Assembly (NCBI GenBank): GCA_038065395.1
Contig: JBBTRB010000003.1
Location: forward strand, 19,851-83,850
DNA length: 64,000 nt
Direction of reading: 5' to 3'
From: Patescibacteria group bacterium
GTDB lineage: Bacteria; Patescibacteriota; Minisyncoccia; Phycocordibacterales; PALSA-1337
Shown: piece by piece, positions 57,911 through 64,000 of the stretch
How positions within the stretch are numbered: the first letter of the stretch is position 1
How the letters are laid out: each line of letters opens with the position of its first letter
Translations under genes and position numbers: made by a program
The notes under the pieces: model-generated
What the model was told of the DNA's origin: nothing
Databases searched by the model: none
The model's input: the letters and a program-made list of their open reading frames with translations, nothing else

Positions 57911-58345
57911 CTATTTTGCCTCCACCGGAGCTTCTGCAGGAGTAGCGACAACTGGCGCCTCTTCTTCGGCATAACTAGCATTCATAGTGCGACGCATCTG
58001 GTGACGGATCTCTTTGGCGGCCTTGCGGCGGACGAAGTAGAGCTTGGCACGGCGGACTTTGGCACGGCGGACCATCTCGACCTCGTCGATCATAGGAGAA
58101 TAGAGTGGGAAAATGCGCTCAACACCGATACCGTCGATGACTTTGCGAACGGTGAAGGTTGCACCAGCTTCACTGCCGTGTTTGCGAGCCATGACGAGAC
58201 CTTCGAAAGCCTGGAGGCGGAACTTGCCCTTGGCTTCTTCGATCTTTTGCCAGACGCGAACAGTATCACCAGGACGAACGTCCAGTTTCTTGCGGAATTC
58301 CACGTTTGCAGGAGAAATAATTGCGGTTGCCATATAGGAGAACAC
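57911..58345 (-). CDS. rplS: 50S ribosomal protein L19 (with C-terminal extension)
   Basis: RPGDTVRV...RLQAFEGLV...[19 protein letters not shown] are L19 signature blocks. Confidence 0.9.
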   Translation of the reverse strand: MFSYMATAIISPANVEFRKKLDVRPGDTVRVWQKIEEAKGKFRLQAFEGLVMARKHGSEAGATFTVRKVIDGIGVERIFPLYSPMIDEVEMVRRAKVRRAKLYFVRRKAAKEIRHQMRRTMNASYAEEEAPVVATPAEAPVEAK

Positions 58346-58448
58346 CTTACCATATAGTTATTTTATGTTCAAGTTTTTCCTCATACATAGGCCCTGAAAG
58401 TATCGTTTTCATGAAACATTGTGCTACAATCAATTTCATAAAAACTAT

Positions 58449-59963
58449 ATGAAAAAAGCCAAACTATTCTTCCTCAAGCGCCCGTATATCTACTCGATTA
58501 TCATCCTTATCATGGTCGTCAGTGTCAGTTTTGCTGCATTTGGCGGCAACGACAACGGACACGAGACGCTCACCGTCACCCGGAGCACCTTCAAGCGTCA
58601 GGTCGCCGTATCAGGCAAGGTTGTCGCTACCGAAAGTGCTGACCTCGGGTTCGAACAAGGCGGTCGCCTCGGGTTTATCAGTGCACCACTCGGCACCGTC
58701 GTCAAAAAAGGCGCTGTGATAGCGAGTCTCGAAAATGGCGACGTCCGCGCCGAACTCCTCCAGAGACAGGCCTCCCTCGAGCGTGAAGAAGCCAAGCTCG
58801 CATCATTGACCCAAGGTACTCGTCCTGAACAGCTCCGTATCGACCAACAAACCTACGAAGACGTCACTCAGACATTTGTCACCGCGATGCGTACCGCACA
58901 CCTCGAAGCAGAGAAAGTCCTTATCGAAGAGATCAATACGTTCTTTGATAACGGCTCAAGCGTCAATCCAGATTTCGTTATCACACTTCAGACATACGAA
59001 AAAGAGAATCGCATTGAGAACGGTCGTATCATGGTCGGAGAAAAGGCATCTGAACTCAAAGGGGCTATCTCCGCACTCTCTGTTCCCTACTCCGAATCTG
59101 CCGTAGCAACCGCTGGCAGCATGACTATAGATACTCTCAACTCGATCAACACCTTCATCGCCGATCTTTCACGTACGGTAGACGACGTCAACCTAGACGC
59201 GAGCACACTAGACTCATACCGTTCAACACTCAATGATGCCGAACAAGCAGTGGCCGATGCTCTCGACACTGCACAGACTGCCCGTACTTCATGGAACAAC
59301 GCTCGCGAAAAGCTCTCCCTTTCCAAAGCCGGCACCACCGTCAACGATCTCAACGCTCAGAGTGCCAGCGTCAAAGCCGCTCGCGCTGATGTCGATAGTG
59401 CACAGGCACGTCTACGCAAAACCCTGATCATCGCACCATTCGACGGTACCGTGACTCGCATGGATGTCAAAGTCGGCGAGATCATCGCTTCGAACTCTGC
59501 TGAGATCTCTCTCATGAGCACCGCTTCGTTCAACATCGAGAGCTACGTCCCCGAGGTCCATATCGCTCATATCAAAGTTGCTGACCGCGCCACTGTCACC
59601 CTCGATGCATATGGCGACACCGTCACCTTTGCTGCAACCGTAGCAAGTGTCGATCCTGCAGAAACTGTCCGTGACGGCGTCTCGACGTACAAGGTCACTC
59701 TTGCCTTCGCAGAGCCTGACACGCGCATCAAGTCTGGCATGACGGGCAGTATCACGATCATCACCCTAGAAAAGGACAATACTATCGTCGTACCACAGAG
59801 CGTCATCATCCGACGTGACGGTGACGCATTCGTCCAAAAGATGGTCGATGGATCCCCTGTCGAAACATGGGTGACCCTAGGCGACTCGACCTCTCTCGGT
59901 CAGATCGAGATCGTCGACGGGCTCAACGAGGGAGACGTCATCCTCGTCGCTCCGACGAAATAG
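58449..59963 (+). CDS. efflux membrane-fusion (periplasmic adaptor) protein, MacA/HlyD-like
   Basis: N-terminal TM, long coiled-coil, C-terminal beta-barrel. Start chosen at MKKAKLFF. Confidence 0.75.
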   Translation: MKKAKLFFLKRPYIYSIIILIMVVSVSFAAFGGNDNGHETLTVTRSTFKRQVAVSGKVVATESADLGFEQGGRLGFISAPLGTVVKKGAVIASLENGDVRAELLQRQASLEREEAKLASLTQGTRPEQLRIDQQTYEDVTQTFVTAMRTAHLEAEKVLIEEINTFFDNGSSVNPDFVITLQTYEKENRIENGRIMVGEKASELKGAISALSVPYSESAVATAGSMTIDTLNSINTFIADLSRTVDDVNLDASTLDSYRSTLNDAEQAVADALDTAQTARTSWNNAREKLSLSKAGTTVNDLNAQSASVKAARADVDSAQARLRKTLIIAPFDGTVTRMDVKVGEIIASNSAEISLMSTASFNIESYVPEVHIAHIKVADRATVTLDAYGDTVTFAATVASVDPAETVRDGVSTYKVTLAFAEPDTRIKSGMTGSITIITLEKDNTIVVPQSVIIRRDGDAFVQKMVDGSPVETWVTLGDSTSLGQIEIVDGLNEGDVILVAPTK

Positions 59964-59964
59964 C

Positions 59965-61221
59965 ATGTTTTCACCACTCAACTTCCGCATCGCATTCTTC
60001 CTGGCCGTACGCCAACTGCGTCGCTCCAGCAAATGGACCAACAGTCTGATCATCTTCGTAATGATCCTGACCTTTTTGAACCTGGTCATCGTCTCCGGTA
60101 TCCTGGTCGGTCTCATCCAAGGTGCGATCGAGGCGGTACGTGAACAATATACGAGTGACGTGATCGTCTCCAACCTCAACACCGAGACCTACATCGAGTA
60201 CAGTCCTGACATCATACGCACGATCGAGTCACTCCCCCAAGTCGACGCCCTCTCCGCTCGCTATGTCAGCGGTTCGACACTCGAAGCGAATTACAAATCT
60301 CGCACTGATCCGAACGAAAAGCCGAACACCGCTGGTGCACAGATCGCGGGTATCGACCCTGTTGCAGAAGACGAACTCACCGGGCTTTCTCGATGGGTCA
60401 TCGAGGGTGAGTATTTGCAACCTGGTGACTACGACCAAATACTGCTCGGATCATACCTCATCAAGAAATACATCCCCGTCGACAATCCAGGCTTCAGTGC
60501 ACTCGATGATGTCGGTCCTGGTAGCAAGATCCGTATCAAGATCGGCGACGTCGAACGTGAAGTCACGGTCAAAGGTATCCTCAAGAGTAAGGTCGACGAA
60601 GTGAGCTTCAAAGCGTACATGGTCGACTCACAACTCCGCGGCATGATCGGTCGCAATGACTTCAACGTCGATGAGATCGCTATCCGTCTCAAGCCAGGAT
60701 CAGATCCTGTAGTAGTACGCGACACTCTCCTGCGCAACGGAGTCGGCACCTATGCCAAGGTCCAGACATCTGCCGACGCTCAACCCAAGTTCATCAAAGA
60801 TATCCGTGACACCTTCGCACTGCTCGGCAACATGATCAGTTCGATCGGCCTCGTTGTAGCTTCGATCACCATCTTCATTGTGATCTTCATCAACGCCCTG
60901 ACTCGACGCAAGTTCATCGGTATCCTCAAAGGTATCGGCATCAACGGCCAAGCTATCGAACTTTCGTATGTGATGCAGTCGATCTTCTATGCCTGTATCG
61001 GTTCGGCAGTCGGCCTGGTCTTGCTCTATGCCTTCCTGCAACCATTCATTGCCGCTCATCCGATCAACTTCCCTTTTAGTGACGGCATCCTGGTTGCACC
61101 ACTCTCGGGAACCATGCTCCGTATCAGTCTCCTGGTCTTCGCTACGATCATTGCTGGGTACATCCCCGCAAGGATGATCGTGCGCAAGAACACGCTCGAC
61201 TCGATCCTCGGTCGCAAATAA
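59965..61221 (+). CDS. ABC transporter permease (FtsX/MacB-like)
   Basis: N-terminal TM, large periplasmic domain, 3 C-terminal TM segments. Confidence 0.75.
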   Translation: MFSPLNFRIAFFLAVRQLRRSSKWTNSLIIFVMILTFLNLVIVSGILVGLIQGAIEAVREQYTSDVIVSNLNTETYIEYSPDIIRTIESLPQVDALSARYVSGSTLEANYKSRTDPNEKPNTAGAQIAGIDPVAEDELTGLSRWVIEGEYLQPGDYDQILLGSYLIKKYIPVDNPGFSALDDVGPGSKIRIKIGDVEREVTVKGILKSKVDEVSFKAYMVDSQLRGMIGRNDFNVDEIAIRLKPGSDPVVVRDTLLRNGVGTYAKVQTSADAQPKFIKDIRDTFALLGNMISSIGLVVASITIFIVIFINALTRRKFIGILKGIGINGQAIELSYVMQSIFYACIGSAVGLVLLYAFLQPFIAAHPINFPFSDGILVAPLSGTMLRISLLVFATIIAGYIPARMIVRKNTLDSILGRK

Positions 61222-61230
61222 TATACATAT

Positions 61231-61914
61231 ATGATTGAAGTCAAAAATCTCTACAAAACATTCAAAAACGGACAAGTCGAAACGACCGTCCTCAAAGACA
61301 TCGATTTCAAGATCGAGGAGGGTGAATTCATCGCTATCATGGGACGCTCCGGTGCCGGCAAAAGTACCTTCATGTACCAACTCAGTCTGCTCGACGAACC
61401 GACTCGAGGACAGATCACGATCGACGGTATCCGTACAGATACGATGAGCAACGAAGCCAAGACGCTGTTCCGTCTATCTCGACTCGGCTACGTGTTCCAA
61501 GACTACGCGCTGATCCCCGAACTCACTGCCGCAGAGAACGTAGCTCTTCCCCTCCTGATGCAAGGTATGCCAACCAAAAAGGCGTTCGAGACTGCCAAGA
61601 AGGCCCTCAATACGGTCGGTCTCAAAGATCATATGAATCAACTCCCGAGTCAACTCTCTGGTGGCGAGCAACAGCGCGTGTCTATCTCTCGTGCCATCGC
61701 GCATAACCCTGACATCCTCTTTGCTGACGAACCGACCGCCAACCTCGACAACGAATCCTCTCGCACGATCATGGGCATCTTCAAAGAACTTCATAAGCAG
61801 GGCCAAACGATCATCATGGTCACTCACGAACCTGAGTATGGTGAGATGGCCGAGAAGATCGTTACTCTCGATGATGGGCAGATCGTTAAGGTGAAGAAGT
61901 CCGCCTCCGCATAA
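61231..61914 (+). CDS. ABC transporter ATP-binding protein
   Basis: Walker [10 protein letters not shown], signature LSGGEQQR, Walker B ILFADEPT. Confidence 0.9.
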   Translation: MIEVKNLYKTFKNGQVETTVLKDIDFKIEEGEFIAIMGRSGAGKSTFMYQLSLLDEPTRGQITIDGIRTDTMSNEAKTLFRLSRLGYVFQDYALIPELTAAENVALPLLMQGMPTKKAFETAKKALNTVGLKDHMNQLPSQLSGGEQQRVSISRAIAHNPDILFADEPTANLDNESSRTIMGIFKELHKQGQTIIMVTHEPEYGEMAEKIVTLDDGQIVKVKKSASA

Positions 61915-62037
61915 AGCTCCGGCATGACGAGGAATTAGCCCCACTACGCCAAGGCTTCGCGGGATGTATAGAGTATAAAAAGCCCCATCCTTCGGTCGCG
62001 TGTGCGAATGAGGGATGGGGTGTTTGATTGGTTCAAA

Positions 62038-62769
62038 TTATCTGGAACCTGTAGGAATGACCAGCCCTGGTTCATACTGTGCGAAACCGGCAAAGACCAT
62101 CTGTCTATGCACGTAACTCAAAGACAAAAATGTTTTCGTCAGCAGTTCCGACTTGATCCAGGTGAGAAGATCTTTTGGCTCACCGTAAGCAACCAGTGGG
62201 AAAAAGGCTACCGAGGGAGAGATCTGACAACCTTCTGTAGTTAACGTTATGGTTTGAAGAAGACGAGAGCGTCCCGCAGCATTGCCAAAAACTTCTGCTG
62301 AGTAATACGTGAATTTCCCTATCGCTTTACTCAGACGACTTCTCACAACTTCAAAATCAGTCGATGTTGCAGAACGCTCTCGAAAGTTGGAGGATTCTTC
62401 AAGGAAACTGAAGAGACCCGCATCATCTTCCTCTTTTGTGAAAATTTCGAAAAACGCCGTGATTACACCCTCCACAGAGAGAACGAGCCCTGGAGTCTTC
62501 ATTATTGTACGATGCACCCAAGGAGCAACATGATCGTACTTGAGACCCCATGTCGCAAGGCAATCTGCGACATACAAACTATTACTCGACCTTGAACGAT
62601 CACTAGCAAGAAACCCGACGGATTCTTCTATCATGTTCTCAGCAGTCTTTTCAGTCGAAGCAACTACCAGATCATGGACAAACCATCTATCCGGATGTTT
62701 ACTCTGCATCCACATTTCACGAATCGCTTTTGCAGCGCCGATTTGATCTTTTCTAAGTACTGGTTTCAT
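62038..62769 (-). CDS. hypothetical protein
   Basis: 243 aa. Confidence 0.45.
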   Translation of the reverse strand: MKPVLRKDQIGAAKAIREMWMQSKHPDRWFVHDLVVASTEKTAENMIEESVGFLASDRSRSSNSLYVADCLATWGLKYDHVAPWVHRTIMKTPGLVLSVEGVITAFFEIFTKEEDDAGLFSFLEESSNFRERSATSTDFEVVRSRLSKAIGKFTYYSAEVFGNAAGRSRLLQTITLTTEGCQISPSVAFFPLVAYGEPKDLLTWIKSELLTKTFLSLSYVHRQMVFAGFAQYEPGLVIPTGSR

Positions 62770-62909
62770 ACCAACCTTTCTGATCCTCTCGGATCTCTTG
62801 CAATCCCCTCTCGGGGATATTATGTATGTTCTTGCTCTCGCAAGAGGCTTACAACGTGCAAACCTGACTGAACTCTATGCTTTTTCGGGAAGATGTCAAA
62901 TGCGGTTGT

Positions 62910-63095
62910 GTCATCCTCGCGCAGGCGGGGATCTAGGAGCAAGGGCATGGCTACTTATTTAATATCTATACAACCACAAAACATTAGATACTATCCCTGT
63001 AAGTAAATGCCGAACCTATCACATTTATTATTTACATAGCCTAAGTCGACTATATACTGGGAGTGATTCTGGATCCCCGCCTGCGCGGGGATGAC
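62910..63095. repeat. RPE-like palindromic repeat element, long form (copy 5)
   Basis: gtcatcctcgcgcaggcggggatctaggag ... attctggatccccgcctgcgcggggatgac. Inner termini aagggcatggctactta... and ...atatactgggagtg match the 25254 copy. Confidence 0.8.
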
Positions 63096-63118
63096 ACAGG
63101 ACAGAGAGATATGTAGGT

Positions 63119-63904
63119 TTACTTCATCTCAATCCCCAACTCCTTGAGCGCACCACTCATATCCTCTGGCAAAGGTGCAGTGACGGTGATACGTTCTCCA
63201 TCGAGAGCAGTGAATGAGACCACGTGAGAATGGAGTGCCAGACGTTCGAAACCAAAAAGGTATGGTCTCTTGGGTGCATAGAGACTGTCCCCTACGACAG
63301 GATGGTTCACTGCGGTTAGATGCACACGGATCTGATGCGTGCGACCAGTCTTGGGTTCTGCTTCGATGAGGGAGAATCTTTTGCCGAGATCTGGCGAGAC
63401 ATCTGCTGGTATATCGTGGTACGTTCCCGTCCACAATCTGGTCCAATAGGTCTCTGCTTCACGAGTCTCGCCACGAGTACCGCGTTGTGCAGACCATTTG
63501 CGAAAGTCACTACCACTACGACCGATCGGACGGTTGATGGTGCCGAACTCTTCTTGGACTTCACCCCAGACGAGTGCCAGATATTTTTTGAGGATGGTAC
63601 GATCTTGGAATTGTGCCTTGAGAGAGTCGTAGCCTTCTTTGGTCTTGGCGACGATCAGTGCGCCGGAAGTTTCTCTGTCGAGGCGATGCACGATGCCCGA
63701 ACGCTCGATGTCGTCACCCTCGATCGATCGTGCAGTCTCGCCCACACCTTTGGATTCTGGGAAGTTTACAAGTATCCAGTCAGTCAGGAATGGCCCAGTG
63801 GCTTTGCCATCTCCATGTACCATAAGATGCGCCGGTTTGTTGATAACGGCACAATGGGCGTCTTGGTAGAGGATTTCTATGGGTAGGATGTCTTTATTGC
63901 TCAT
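63119..63904 (-). CDS. RluA family pseudouridine synthase
   Basis: HRLDRETSGALIVAKT catalytic Asp motif. Confidence 0.85.
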   Translation of the reverse strand: MSNKDILPIEILYQDAHCAVINKPAHLMVHGDGKATGPFLTDWILVNFPESKGVGETARSIEGDDIERSGIVHRLDRETSGALIVAKTKEGYDSLKAQFQDRTILKKYLALVWGEVQEEFGTINRPIGRSGSDFRKWSAQRGTRGETREAETYWTRLWTGTYHDIPADVSPDLGKRFSLIEAEPKTGRTHQIRVHLTAVNHPVVGDSLYAPKRPYLFGFERLALHSHVVSFTALDGERITVTAPLPEDMSGALKELGIEMK

Positions 63905-63954
63905 ATCATGAATATACGCTAGTCTATAAGTCAGCGCAAAGTTTCACGACGTAT

Positions 63955-64000
63955 GCGCGATTAGCTCAGTTGGTAGAGCAGCGCTTTTACACAGCGAAGG
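63955..64000 (+). tRNA. tRNA-Val (TAC), 5' part only (runs off window)
   Basis: GCGCGAT acceptor, D-arm TAGCTCAGTTGGTAGAGCA, anticodon loop TTTACAC. Confidence 0.6.

Noticed and set aside
60700-61380. 226-aa minus-strand ORF across the ABC permease/ATPase junction
   Set aside because: It is antisense to two well-supported ABC transporter genes and has an Asp/Glu-rich low-complexity product.

Overview
This 64 kb window is a compact, mostly minus-strand bacterial chromosomal segment. Housekeeping content: metG, glyQS, ileS, argS, glyA, folD, dut, rplK-nusG-secE, rplS and three tRNAs (His, Leu, partial Val). Its small-genome architecture resembles an uncultivated lineage, possibly Patescibacteria-like (inference only). 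Main observations: (1) A family of RPE-like palindromic repeat elements, six full or partial copies in short (~81 bp) and long (~180 bp) forms, is present. One full copy sits in-frame inside recO, one solo arm sits in-frame inside ileS, and related 25-27 nt mini-repeats sit in argS and ileS. (2) An ~18.5 kb integrated element (38432-56961) is bounded by a 21-bp direct repeat of the tRNA-His 3' end. It carries a large serine recombinase whose stop codon overlaps the tRNA, and a copper/heavy-metal plus disulfide-bond (Dsb) cargo. (3) ileS carries an inserted histidine-phosphatase (PGAM-type, RHGE signature) domain of about 200 aa. (4) A pyrimidine/sugar-nucleotide cluster holds dut, a divergent ThyA, two GalT-branch HIT proteins, a dCMP-deaminase fusion, an HldE-like adenylyltransferase and a DHFR. 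(5) A ~1.15 kb ORF-poor hairpin-rich region (19410-20568) and a promoter-like ~38-nt motif (5 copies) precede hairpin/iteron arrays, most strikingly at 45677-46090. (6) glyQS has a long 5' leader with a promoter and a terminator/antiterminator arrangement. No CRISPR array was seen.
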